Source: an uncultured Acidobacteriota bacterium
GTDB taxonomy: Bacteria; Acidobacteriota; Vicinamibacteria; Vicinamibacterales; CAVVIG01
Reading direction: 5' to 3'
NCBI GenBank assembly: GCA_963722395.1
Contig: CAVRLS010000013.1
Coordinates: forward strand, 299,603-363,602
DNA length: 64,000 nt
Shown: positions 52,737 to 62,077 of the stretch, piece after piece
How positions within the stretch are numbered: position 1 is the stretch's first letter
Layout of the letters: every line of letters starts with the position of its first letter
Notes under the pieces: model-generated
Told to the model about the DNA's origin: nothing
Database searches by the model: none
Seen by the model: only the letters and a program-made list of their open reading frames with translations
Position numbers and translations under genes: made by a program

Positions 52737-52841
52737 ACGGGACCGCCGAAGCGGGACTCGAGCACGGCCACGGCACGAGCGACGGGCAGCACGCCCGCAC
52801 TCGTGCCGTCGCATTGTGGGCGCAGCCAGAAGGAAAGCGTA

Positions 52842-54489
52842 ATGACGACGGCGTCAGAGCCGGTGTATGTCACGTCGGGGTTGCTTCGTCTCACGAAGCC
52901 GCAGCTCATTGGCACCATGACCGGCCTGCTGCTGGCCGCGTTGCTGGCTGCGATCGACCAGACGATCGTGGGAACGGCCGAGCCGCGCATCATCGCATCA
53001 CTGCAGGGGTTCGACCGCTATCCGTGGGTGGCGACCATCTATCTGCTGTCGTCCACCGTGTCGGTGCCGATCTTCGCGAGCCTCTCCGACCGCTATGGCC
53101 GCAAGCCGTTCTTCATGCTTGGCGCCACGCTGTTCGTCATCGCGTCAGCCCTGTGCGGGGCGGCAGGCGACCTCACCTTCATGCCGATCGACGGCATGGG
53201 GCAGCTGATCCTGTTCAGGGGCCTGCAGGGGATCGGCGGCGGCATGGTGACCGGCATCCTCTTCACCATCGTCGGCGACATCTTCTCGCCGATCGAACGC
53301 GGCAAGTACCAGGGGCTGTTTGCGGCGCTCTGGGGTGTGGCGTCGATCTTCGGGCCGACGCTCGGGGGCTGGCTGACCGACAACTGGTCGTGGCGCGCGT
53401 GCTTCTACGTGAACCTGCCAGTGGGCGCCGATCGCCATCGCCGCCATCCACTTCGAGTTCCCGCACATGACACCGCGCGGCTCGAGCCGTCAGCTCGACT
53501 GGGCAGGGTTCGCCACGCTCATCGGCACGGTGGTGCCGCTGCTGCTGGCGCTCACCTGGGCGACGTCGTACGGGTGGGGGTCGACGCGTGTGGTGTCGCT
53601 GCTGGTCACGTCGGTCGTGATGCTGGGGCTGCTGCTCTACTCGGAGTCGAAAGCGGCCGAACCGATCATCCCGCTGGTCCTGTTCCGCGATCCGGTCATC
53701 GGCGTCTGCTCGGCTGCAGCCTTCGTCCTCGGCATGGGAATGTTCGGGACGATCATCTACCTGCCGCTGTTCATGCAGGGGGTGCTGGGTGTGTCGGCCA
53801 CAGAGTCGGGCAACCTGCTGACGCCGCTGCTGATGGGCGTGGTGGTGAGCAGCATCATCGGTGGCCAGGCCATTTCGCGCACCGGCGAGTACAAGCGGCA
53901 GGGCGTGATCGGCTCGGTGCTCATCGCGGCCGGCATGGTGTTGTTCGCACGCATGGACGTCGACACTTCCCGCCTCTATGTGGCCGGGTCGATGGTGCTG
54001 GCCGGGTTCGGCATGGGCCTGCTCCAGCCGGTCTACACGCTGGCGGTGCAGAACGTCGCACCGCGCGAGGCCATGGGCGCCGCCACATCGTCGACGATTT
54101 TCTTCCGCTCGATCGGCAGCACGGTCGGCGTGGCGGCGTTCGGCTCGGTGATGCTGACGCAGTACCACAACGAGTTCACGAAGGCCATGCCGCCGGGCGT
54201 ACCGCCGCAGGCGCTGCCGTTCTTCGAGAACCCGCTCCTGCTGGTGCAGGTCCGGCCGCAGCTCGAGCAACTGTTCGGAGGTGTGCCGAACGGATTGCAA
54301 CTGCTGCAGACGCTGCTGCTCGACGTGAAGCTGGCGCTGATGCACGGGTTGCAGGAGATCTTCTTCTGGAGCGCCGTCATCATGGTGGTATCGATCGTGT
54401 TGCACCTGATGCTGAAGCCCGTGCCGCTGAGGGCACGAGCAGTATCGACCGAGGCCAAGGCGGCGCAGGTCGCAGCGTCGCTGCACTAA
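52842..54489 (+). pseudogene. MFS transporter, DHA2 (EmrB/QacA, 14-TMS) type; one frame change near 53428
   Basis: GAAGGAAAG RBS. LSDRYGRKPFFMLG, LQGIGGG, CFYVNLPVG, then a shift to IAIAAIHFEFPHMTPRGSSRQLDWAGF... and further TM segments to the stop at 54489. Confidence 0.85.
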
Positions 54490-54498
54490 TCCGGCGGC

Positions 54499-55554
54499 AT
54501 GGCTGACCACGCACCAAAGCCGCACGTGCGGCGACCTCGCTACGCGGGCACGCATCCGCGTGCCTTTCACGAGAAGTACAAGGAGCTGAACCCCGACCGC
54601 TACGCCGACGATGTGGCGAAGGTGGTGGCGGCAGGGAAGACGCCAGCGGGAATGCACCGGCCGATCATGGTGCGCGAAATCCTCGCGCGGCTGGCGCCGG
54701 CTCCCGGCCACATCGCGGTCGACTGCACGCTGGGCTACGGCGGGCACGCGGCCGCGTTGCTGGACGCAGTGCTGCCAGGCGGACGGCTGCTGGCGCTTGA
54801 CGTCGACCCGCTCGAATTGCCGAAGTCGGAGGCGCGGCTGCGGGCACGCGGCATTCCGGATGACGCCCTGGTGGTCAGGCGCAACAACTTCGCGGGGCTG
54901 GCGCGCGTGCTCGCCGACGCGGGACTGCCGCCGGCTGACGTCCTGATGGCCGACCTCGGGCTGTCGTCGATGCAGATCGACGACCCATCGCGCGGCTTCA
55001 CCTGGAAGCGTCCCGGGCCGCTCGACCTGCGGATGAACCCGCAGCGTGGTCAGCCAGCGTCGGCCCTGCTGGCTTCACTCACCGCGCCCAGACTGGCGCG
55101 CCTGCTCGAACTGAACGCGGACCAGCCCGATGCCGAAGCGCTGGCGCATCACCTGCTGGCCACCCAGGCGGAGGCACCAATGCTCACCACCACCGCGCTT
55201 GCCGATGCGGTGCGCGAAGGGCTGTCGGCCAGGCGAGGGCGAGACGCTGACGATGCGCTCGACCTGTCGACCCGCCGGGTGTTCCAGGCGCTTCGCATCG
55301 AGGTAAACGACGAGTTCGGCGCGCTCGATACGTTCCTGCGCACCCTGCCGGACTGCGTGGCGCCGGGGGGCCGCATCGCCATCCTGACGTTTCACTCGGG
55401 GGAAGATCGGCGGGTGAAGCAGGCGTTCAAGGCCGGCCTTTCAGCCGGTGTGTACTCGAGCATCGCCGGCGACGTGGAACGCGCGAGCCAGGAGGAGCGT
55501 CAATCCAATCCGCGGTCGTCTGCGGCCAAGTTGCGGTGGGCGGTCCGCCGTTGA
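54499..55554 (+). CDS. rsmH: 16S rRNA (cytosine1402-N4)-methyltransferase RsmH/MraW-like, with N-terminal extension
   Basis: HRPIMVREIL...AVDCTLGYGGHAAALL...LLALDVDP...LMADLGLSSMQIDDPSRGF...LDLRMNP...ILTFHSGEDRRVK...SNPRSSAAKLRWA. Confidence 0.8.
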   Translation: MADHAPKPHVRRPRYAGTHPRAFHEKYKELNPDRYADDVAKVVAAGKTPAGMHRPIMVREILARLAPAPGHIAVDCTLGYGGHAAALLDAVLPGGRLLALDVDPLELPKSEARLRARGIPDDALVVRRNNFAGLARVLADAGLPPADVLMADLGLSSMQIDDPSRGFTWKRPGPLDLRMNPQRGQPASALLASLTAPRLARLLELNADQPDAEALAHHLLATQAEAPMLTTTALADAVREGLSARRGRDADDALDLSTRRVFQALRIEVNDEFGALDTFLRTLPDCVAPGGRIAILTFHSGEDRRVKQAFKAGLSAGVYSSIAGDVERASQEERQSNPRSSAAKLRWAVRR

Positions 55555-55606
55555 CCGGCACTCGGGACGAGGTGCCGGGAGAATCGCCAACAAGGAGTCA
55601 CATTCG

Positions 55607-55878
55607 ATGAAGAAGGTTCTGCTGACGATGTTCCTGTTCGTCTGCGGCGTGTCGCTCTCGTATGCCCAGGCACCAGATGTTGTCGGCGAATCGGAGCTGA
55701 CGACGATCTCGCCGGTGGGTGAGAACACCAACACCGTGGAGTTCAGGAAGGACGGCGACGCATGACGATCACCTACGCGGGCACCGTAACCGGCCCCGAC
55801 ATCAACGGCGCCGCCGATTTCGGCGGCCTCGCGATGGGCAGCTTCTCGGCCAAGAAGAAAGCTGCTGAAGCGAAGTAA
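55607..55878 (+). CDS. Small secreted protein split into two ATGA-overlapping ORFs (52 aa and 38 aa), or one frameshifted gene
   Basis: AAGGAG RBS. MKKVLLTMFLFVCGVSLSYAQA signal ...TVEFRKDGDA*; overlapping ATG at 55762 gives MTITYAGTVTGPDINGAADFGGLAMGSFSAKKKAAEAK*. Local GC is lower. Confidence 0.4.
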
Positions 55879-55907
55879 CCAGAGGGTTGAGATGTGAGGC
55901 TGGGGGC

Positions 55908-56687
55908 TTAGCATCCACCCTGCATCCTCCAAGCTCCACCTTCCAGGAACCGTCCGCTCTGGAAGACCCGCCGGTCCGGTAATCGCACCGCACTGACGAC
56001 ACCGTGATGGCTGGTGTCGAGCCCGATCGTGTGGGCGTCGACCCGGGGTGATGGCCAGCCCTCGGCATCGAGTATCGGGTTGTTCCGGTGTCCGTACACG
56101 ACCACCCGTGCGCCCAGGTACGTCCCGGGGAACCCGCCATCATTCCGACCGAACAGCACGGCGTCGCGCGTCTGTGCCTCGGGGAGCAGGCGGCTGTCGA
56201 ACCCGGCGTGCACGTAGATGCCCTGCGGGTCGTCATAGGTGAGCCGCAGCGTCTCGAAGAACTGCAGGTGTGCCGCGGGCATCGCCTCGAAGAACATGTC
56301 GTAGGGCAGTCGCAGGGCATCGTCCTGATACAGGCCGGTTCCGGCCCGCGACGCCGCCGCCCTGAGCACGATCTCGGCGTCGGCGGAGTAGCTGCCGATG
56401 GTCGAGAACCCCTTCATGCCCAGCAGCCACGAGTGCGCGGTGTGATCGCGGTAGGACCGCATCATCCAGTCTTCATGGTTGCCGCTCAGGCAGACGGTGG
56501 GGCCGTTGTGCGAGCCGGTAAACTCCAGGATGGTGTCGACGCACTGCTTCGAACCTGAACCGCGGTCGATGTAGTCGCCGAGGAACACCACCGTGTCGTG
56601 CTCAGATAGCTGGGGCCGAATGGCGTCGAGAAGGTCGCGCAGCGCTGGAAAATTCCCGTGGATGTCGCCGACCGCAAACGTGGCCAT
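55908..56687 (-). CDS. Metallophosphoesterase (PPP-family Ser/Thr phosphatase / ApaH-like)
   Basis: FAVGDIHGN...VFLGDYIDRG...LSGNHE...VHAGF...GH are the canonical PPP motifs. Confidence 0.85.
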   Translation of the reverse strand: MATFAVGDIHGNFPALRDLLDAIRPQLSEHDTVVFLGDYIDRGSGSKQCVDTILEFTGSHNGPTVCLSGNHEDWMMRSYRDHTAHSWLLGMKGFSTIGSYSADAEIVLRAAASRAGTGLYQDDALRLPYDMFFEAMPAAHLQFFETLRLTYDDPQGIYVHAGFDSRLLPEAQTRDAVLFGRNDGGFPGTYLGARVVVYGHRNNPILDAEGWPSPRVDAHTIGLDTSHHGVVSAVRLPDRRVFQSGRFLEGGAWRMQGGC

Positions 56688-56859
56688 GTGCTTCAGGCAT
56701 TCTAGGACAGGCGGCGGCTGGGCTGGCCACCGCAGGTGACAGTCACATGCGGAGCTCAGGACATTTCATGCATTTCATCAGCAAACGTGCTGGTCCGGCA
56801 TCGGCATGGATGCTGCCACACCGGGCGTGGGGGCTTCCGCCCCACGGGCGGTGGGGGAC

Positions 56860-57696
56860 ATGACCATGATTAAACGAATGATTCCGGTGGGTGCCGTCGC
56901 ATTGATCTTGAGCCTGGTCGGCGCGGTAGCCGGCGCAGGACAGCGCGACAGCCGCGGGCGCGACCGCAACGGTCGGGAGAGCCGCGGCGAAGCCCAGCGC
57001 GACAGCGGCCGCCGCGACGACGGCCAGGGGCAGAGGTCGGAGCCACCGCGCGAGTCGCCCCGGGCCGACTCACAGCGCGCCGTCCCCAGGGCAGAGGCGC
57101 CGCGGGCTGACGCCAATCGCGGCAACCGAGGTCATGCGGTCCCGCGTGGCGGCGTGCGCCGCGACAACGGGCAGGACCGCGGAGGCTACATCGCGCCGCC
57201 ACCGCGGGACTTCCGCTACGACACTCGCGGCAACAATCGGCGCGATGCGTACCGCTACTATGACCGCCGCGACAACGGCCGCTCCTACAGCTTCCGCTAT
57301 GCGCCGGTGCCGCGCTACTACGGCAACGTCCGCCGGCCGCGCTTCTACGGCCCGGGCGGTAACTTCGGCGTCTACTTCGGCCTCGGCAACGGCTACCTTT
57401 ACGGCTCGCCATACGCCGGTCGGGTGTACGGCTACGCCGGGCCGCGTTCGTACGGGTCGCGCGTCTACTACGGCGACCTCCGCCTGCAGGTTCGGCCGAG
57501 GAACGCAGCCGTCTACGTCGACGGCTACTACGCAGGCGTTGTGGACGACTTCGATGGCGTGTTCCAGCGGCTGACGCTCGAGGTCGGTCCGCACGAAATC
57601 GAGCTCGACGCGCCCGGACTGCAGCCGCAGGTGTTCGACGTCTACATCGACCCGGCGCGGACGGTGAACCTGCGAACCGACCTCTATTCGTACTGA
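56860..57696 (+). CDS. Secreted Arg/Asp/Tyr-rich low-complexity protein with C-terminal PEGA-like domain
   Basis: MTMIKRMIPVGAVALILSLVGAVAGA signal. RD/RG/RY-rich repeats. The C-terminal LRLQVRPRNAAVYVDGYYAGVVDD...LTLEVGPHEIEL is PEGA-like. Confidence 0.6.
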   Translation: MTMIKRMIPVGAVALILSLVGAVAGAGQRDSRGRDRNGRESRGEAQRDSGRRDDGQGQRSEPPRESPRADSQRAVPRAEAPRADANRGNRGHAVPRGGVRRDNGQDRGGYIAPPPRDFRYDTRGNNRRDAYRYYDRRDNGRSYSFRYAPVPRYYGNVRRPRFYGPGGNFGVYFGLGNGYLYGSPYAGRVYGYAGPRSYGSRVYYGDLRLQVRPRNAAVYVDGYYAGVVDDFDGVFQRLTLEVGPHEIELDAPGLQPQVFDVYIDPARTVNLRTDLYSY

Positions 57697-57709
57697 CCGT
57701 CGCCCCTTC

Positions 57710-57744
57710 AACGGCCTGCGGATCACCCTGGTCCGCGGGCCGTT
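57710..57744 (+). terminator. Strong GC hairpin after the PEGA gene (no U-tract)
   Basis: AACGGCCTGCGGA-tcaccctgg-TCCGCGGGCCGTT, a 13-bp stem with one G-U pair, 14 nt after the stop. Confidence 0.35.
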
Positions 57745-57839
57745 CGACTGTCCCGGCTCCCTCCGCCCCGCCCCTTGCTCCCTCCTCGGCCCCTGGCGGC
57801 CACCGACCCACGACCCACGACCATTCGCCTGTAACCTTC

Positions 57840-58427
57840 GTGCCGGGGCCAAGTATTCCTAACCAGAACGTGACCGACGAACTGCTGATGCACGCCGTGC
57901 AGGGTGGCGACTTCGATGCCCTCGGCGAACTGTTCGAGCGACACCACCGGCCGGTGTTCCACTTCCTCAGCCGCACGACCGGCAATCCGGCGGGTGCCGA
58001 GGACCTGGTGCAGGAGGTGTTCGTGCGGATTCTCAAGTATCGGCATACCTACGAGGCCGGCAGCCGCTTCGACACCTGGCTCTTCCGCATCGCGCGGAAC
58101 GCCAGGACCGACCATTACCGTCGCCGTGGTCCGTCGGCGGCGCCTGAAGCCGACGCTCTCGACGTGCCCAGTCGCCAGCCCGGACCGGCGCAGCAGTTCG
58201 AGCGGCAGATCGACGTGGTGCAGCTCGAGCGAGCCCTGCAGCAGATGCCAGACGAGCCGCGCGACCTGCTGGTGCTTGCCCGCTACCACGGCATGCCGTA
58301 CGAGCGCATTGCCGAGACGCTCGGCATCGAGACCGGGGCCGTGAAGGTGCGCGTGCACCGCGCGATGAAGCAACTACGCGCGCTTTTTTTCAAACTCGAG
58401 GACGCACCATGCGCTGTGAAGAAGTAA
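57840..58427 (+). CDS. ECF-type RNA polymerase sigma-70 factor
   Basis: Region 2 (AEDLVQEVFVRILKYRHTY...FDTWLFRIARNARTDHYRRR) and region 4 (RDLLVLARYHGMPYERIAETLGIETGAVKVRVHRAMKQLR). The start may be the internal GTG near 57870. Confidence 0.9.
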   Translation: MPGPSIPNQNVTDELLMHAVQGGDFDALGELFERHHRPVFHFLSRTTGNPAGAEDLVQEVFVRILKYRHTYEAGSRFDTWLFRIARNARTDHYRRRGPSAAPEADALDVPSRQPGPAQQFERQIDVVQLERALQQMPDEPRDLLVLARYHGMPYERIAETLGIETGAVKVRVHRAMKQLRALFFKLEDAPCAVKK

Positions 58428-59239
58428 GGCTCCGGATCGCGGAGCACCTGGCCGGCACGCTCGACGCGGACGACGCGGCGGCGCTGCGGACCCACGTGTC
58501 TTCATGCGCAGACTGTCAGGCCGAATGGATGGGACTCGACGCGCTGTGGCAGGCGCTCGGCGACCTCCCGGCCCCGGCCGTGCCCTCGAACCGTATGCGC
58601 GAGCGGCTCTCCGCCACCCTGACAGCTGAACGCACGTCTGCCTGGCGGTCCGCATCCCGCCGGGACGACGGACGCGCGGCGAAGGCTGCTGGATGGACCA
58701 CCCGGGAGCCGCTCGTGCAGATGGCCCTCGCGGCGTCGCTGCTGCTGGCAGGCGTGATCGTTGGCCGCTCGACGGCGCCGGCGCCCGCCGCTGTCACGCC
58801 GCCTGCGGCGGAGATCGCCGAGGTGCGCAGCGAACTGCGCGACATGCGTCAGATGCTGACGCTGTCGCTTCTGCAGCAGCAGTCGGCCACCGAACGCCTG
58901 CGCGGCGTCAGTGGGACGTCGCAGATCGATCAGCCGGGGAACGAAGTGGTGGCGGCCCTCCTCGATACGCTGCTGCACGACCCGAACGTGAACGTTCGGC
59001 TGGCGGCCGTCGACGCCCTGCGGCGCGTCAGCGACAGGCCCGATGTGAGGCTGGGCACCAGGCAGGCGGTCGTCGACCGCTCCTCGTCGCCGCTGCTGCA
59101 GGTGGCGGTGATCGACTTCATGGTGGAAACGCGCGACCCGCAGGCTGCCGCGTTGCTCAACACGCTGGCGCAGGACACCACGCTCGATGCCCTGGTCCGT
59201 GGGCGCGCGCAGTGGGGGCTCGAGCGGACGGCGTCGTGA
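58409..59239 (+). CDS. Anti-sigma factor: zf-HC2 N-terminus, one TM segment, periplasmic HEAT-like repeats
   Basis: MRCEEVRLRIAEHLAG...HVSSCADCQAEW (H-x3-C-x2-C). TM segment LVQMALAASLLLAGVIV. NVNVRLAAVDALRRV is HEAT-like. Overlaps the sigma gene by 19 nt. Confidence 0.8.
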   Translation: MRCEEVRLRIAEHLAGTLDADDAAALRTHVSSCADCQAEWMGLDALWQALGDLPAPAVPSNRMRERLSATLTAERTSAWRSASRRDDGRAAKAAGWTTREPLVQMALAASLLLAGVIVGRSTAPAPAAVTPPAAEIAEVRSELRDMRQMLTLSLLQQQSATERLRGVSGTSQIDQPGNEVVAALLDTLLHDPNVNVRLAAVDALRRVSDRPDVRLGTRQAVVDRSSSPLLQVAVIDFMVETRDPQAAALLNTLAQDTTLDALVRGRAQWGLERTAS

Positions 59240-59267
59240 TGATGTCCGGCACGTCGAAGGGGTACGT

Positions 59268-60107
59268 ATGCTGAATGTGAAGCTGATCGGGCTGGTGGCG
59301 TCCACCCTGCTCACCATCGGGGGATTGGGCAGCGGGCAGTCCGCTCAGGAGGAGACGATTCGCCGCACGCTGCCGTGGCCGTCCGGCAGCGCTGGGCAGG
59401 TCTTCGAACTGAGCAATCTCCACGGGTCGATCCGCATCGTTGCCGAGCAGCGCAGCGACGTGTCGGTGGTGGCGACGCGCACGGTACAGCAGCAGCGTGG
59501 CAGCGATCCGGGCGCTGCGGTCGACGTCCGCAGCCAGCCCGATCGCCTGGTGGTGTGCGGCGATGTCACGCACTGCGGCTGCAACCTCGAGTGGCCGCGC
59601 GAGCGCCGGCGTGACGACGAGCGGACGCGGGTGCGGGTCGACTTCGAGGTTCGCGTGCCGAAGGGCGCCACGCTCGACGTCTGCGCCGTGAACGGCGGCA
59701 CGCTGCGGGTCGAAGGCTCCGAGGGCCATTTCACGTTGCGTAACGTCAACGGCGGACTGCAATTGCTCAACGCTCGCGGCGCAGGGCGCGCCAGCACGGT
59801 GAACGGCAACCTCGAGGCGACGTTCGCAGCCGCCCCGGACGCGTCGTCGGAGTTCAAGACCGTGAACGGATACGTCGACGTCACGCTGCCGGCATCGCTC
59901 TCGGCCGACCTGCGGCTGAAGACGATGAATGGCGGACTCTACACCGACTTCGACACGACGCCGCTGCCGACGCGGGCGTCGAGTGATCGTCGGACGGGCA
60001 GGACCGTCTATCGCGCCGACCGGTTCGCCTCGGTGCGGGTCGGCCAGGGCGGACCCGAGCTCGTATTCGAAACCCTCAACGGCAACGTCCAGGTGCGCAA
60101 GCGCTAG
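59268..60107 (+). CDS. DUF4097-type beta-strand-repeat protein (putative adhesin fold)
   Basis: Signal peptide. Repeated xNGxI/L motifs (NLHGSIRIV, VNGGTLRV, NVNGGLQL, VNGNLEA, VNGYVDVTLP, MNGGLYTDF, LNGNVQVRK). Confidence 0.75.
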   Translation: MLNVKLIGLVASTLLTIGGLGSGQSAQEETIRRTLPWPSGSAGQVFELSNLHGSIRIVAEQRSDVSVVATRTVQQQRGSDPGAAVDVRSQPDRLVVCGDVTHCGCNLEWPRERRRDDERTRVRVDFEVRVPKGATLDVCAVNGGTLRVEGSEGHFTLRNVNGGLQLLNARGAGRASTVNGNLEATFAAAPDASSEFKTVNGYVDVTLPASLSADLRLKTMNGGLYTDFDTTPLPTRASSDRRTGRTVYRADRFASVRVGQGGPELVFETLNGNVQVRKR

Positions 60108-60200
60108 AGCGGTGCCATCGAGACGGGGCGTAGCCGCGAACCTTCAGGTTCGCAAGACCGGATCGACCGTCAGGTCGGCCAGGGAGAGAAGGCCAAGGGC

Positions 60201-61151
60201 ATGTGGAGTTCACGATCGATCGCCGGCATGGCGATGTGCACGCTGCTGACGCTCGGCGGTGTGGCCGGGGCGCAGCAGACGGCCAGTAACAACCAGGCGG
60301 TCACGGTGCCGTTCAGCGACCCGGGACGGCCCGGGATTGTGAAGGTGAACGTGGTGAGGGGCAGCATCACGGTGAAGGCGGGGCCCGGTCGGGACGTCAT
60401 CGTGACCAGCGGCGCTGCCGACCGCGATGACGATGACAGCCGCGACGACGCGCGCGACCGGGTCCGACCCCGTCCCCGTCCGCGTCGACAGGGTCAGAGC
60501 GGACCTGACGCTGACGAGCCGTCCACCGCGGGCATGCGCCGGTTGACGAAGCCGGTTGGCGTGGACATCGACGAGGAGAACAACACGATCAGCATCACGT
60601 CGCCGGTCAATCTCGGCGAGGCGAACATCACGGTGCAGGTGCCGGCCGCCACCAGCGTGTCGCTGCGGGCCGTCAATGGCGGACAGGTGTTGGTGGAAGG
60701 CGTGAACGGCAGCATCGAAGTGAACAACGTGAACGGTTCCATCCGCCTGACCGACGTCGGCGGCGCCGTCATCGCGCACGCCATGAACGGTGGGGTTGTC
60801 GCGTCGCTGCGCCAGCTGGCGGCCGGCAAGCCGATGTCGTTCACGTCGTTCAACGGCAACGTCGATGTCACCCTGCCGGCATCGGCGAAGGCCAACCTGA
60901 AACTGCGGAGCGATCGAGGCGACGTCTACACCGACTTCGAGGTGAAGACGCTGCCGCCGCCGGCAGCGCAGCCGGGCACCCGCACCGACGACGCCAGGAG
61001 CCGGCGCCGCGACCCGGGCGATGACGACAAGGACAAGGCGAAGTACCGGATCGACGTGGACCGCTCCATCTACGGCAGCATCAACGGCGGTGGGGCAGAC
61101 ATCGAGCTGCGCACCTTCAACGGTGACGTCTTCCTGCGCAGCGCGAAGTAG
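60201..61151 (+). CDS. DUF4097-type beta-strand-repeat protein, second copy with acidic/basic insert
   Basis: Signal peptide. VRGSITVKA, VNGGQVLVEGVNGSIEVNNVNGSIRLTDV, FNGNVDVTLP, FNGDVFLRS. Contains a D/R-rich insert (DRDDDDSRDDARDRVRPRPRPRR). Confidence 0.75.
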   Translation: MWSSRSIAGMAMCTLLTLGGVAGAQQTASNNQAVTVPFSDPGRPGIVKVNVVRGSITVKAGPGRDVIVTSGAADRDDDDSRDDARDRVRPRPRPRRQGQSGPDADEPSTAGMRRLTKPVGVDIDEENNTISITSPVNLGEANITVQVPAATSVSLRAVNGGQVLVEGVNGSIEVNNVNGSIRLTDVGGAVIAHAMNGGVVASLRQLAAGKPMSFTSFNGNVDVTLPASAKANLKLRSDRGDVYTDFEVKTLPPPAAQPGTRTDDARSRRRDPGDDDKDKAKYRIDVDRSIYGSINGGGADIELRTFNGDVFLRSAK

Positions 61152-61231
61152 GCGGCCGCACGCTGAAGGGCTTCGGGCTCCCGAACGTCACGCTACGCGG
61201 CGAGGTGGCAGAGTAATAAACCCGGTTGCGC

Positions 61232-62044
61232 TCAGATCCGCGGGCGTTCTTTCATGTCGCCGAGGAGAGCCTTCATCACCTCTGGGAAATCCGAGAGAAT
61301 ACCGTTGACGCCAAGCTTGATTAATCTTTCGAGTTCTTCGCGAGGTGCATCTGCGGCTGTTGTCCACACTGGTCTTCCGAGCTGGTGGACCTTGTCTACC
61401 AGACCGGGATTCGCATAGATCCATTCGGGCCACAACCGGATGATGTCGACACCAGCCCGCACAAAAGGCTCAACATCCTCGATTTCCCGAACGAAGCCAA
61501 GTGTGCGGAGGTTCGGGTTGAGCGCGCGGAAAGCCCGGAGGTCCTCGAGGTTGCGCGGACCCACGATGACGTTCAGGACAGCGTTGTATCTTTCTGTCAG
61601 TCGGACCACTTGCGGTTTGTCCAGTGCCGGGCTCTGCTTGATGTCAAGCAACAGCTTTACCCCCGTTCCCGATACGAGTTGTAGGACTTCCTCGTAGGTA
61701 GGAATGCGCTCGCCGCCTCCTGCGTCTAGCTTCTTGAGTTCAGCCAACGTTCTTTCGGTGACCCGGCCTCGGCCATTCGTTGTCCGGTCAAGCGTTTCGT
61801 CGTGCAGGATGACGATCTCGCCATCCTTGGTGCCGCGAAGGTCGACTTCGAGAGCGTCGGCACCGTGTCTGATCGCCTCGTGAAACGCGGCCAGAGTGTT
61901 CTCTGGGTAGCCTGGAACGATCCCACCGCGATGCGCGACAAATGCAACACTCCACTTTGGCCAGTCCGAGGCAACCTGCCCCGCTGAGAGCGGAACCAAG
62001 GTGAGAGCCAAGAGGACGACGACGCCACACGTCAGACTTCTCAT
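61232..62044 (-). CDS. Secreted glycerophosphodiester phosphodiesterase (GDPD family)
   Basis: MRSLTCGVVVLLALTLVPLSA signal. VAHRGG...PENTLAAF...GADALEVDLRGTKDGEIVILHDETLDRTTNG. GC is visibly lower than in the neighbours. Confidence 0.85.
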   Translation of the reverse strand: MRSLTCGVVVLLALTLVPLSAGQVASDWPKWSVAFVAHRGGIVPGYPENTLAAFHEAIRHGADALEVDLRGTKDGEIVILHDETLDRTTNGRGRVTERTLAELKKLDAGGGERIPTYEEVLQLVSGTGVKLLLDIKQSPALDKPQVVRLTERYNAVLNVIVGPRNLEDLRAFRALNPNLRTLGFVREIEDVEPFVRAGVDIIRLWPEWIYANPGLVDKVHQLGRPVWTTAADAPREELERLIKLGVNGILSDFPEVMKALLGDMKERPRI

Positions 62045-62077
62045 CACATCTCCATTGCGTGCGTTCTTCAACAAGCG

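Noticed and set aside
53263-54747. 494-aa ORF on the minus strand
   Set aside because: It is antisense to the MFS transporter and the start of rsmH. It has an R/H/Q-rich composition, so I treat it as a shadow ORF.
56762-56779. Tandem CATTTCATG / CATTTCATC repeat upstream of the PEGA gene
   Set aside because: It has only two 9-nt units in an intergenic region. It might be an operator but is too short to support any claim.
57800-57870. Possible ECF-type promoter (GTAACC ... ) upstream of the sigma gene
   Set aside because: I could not find a convincing -10 (CGT-type) element at the correct 16-17 nt spacing, and the region may already be coding if the 57840 start is used.
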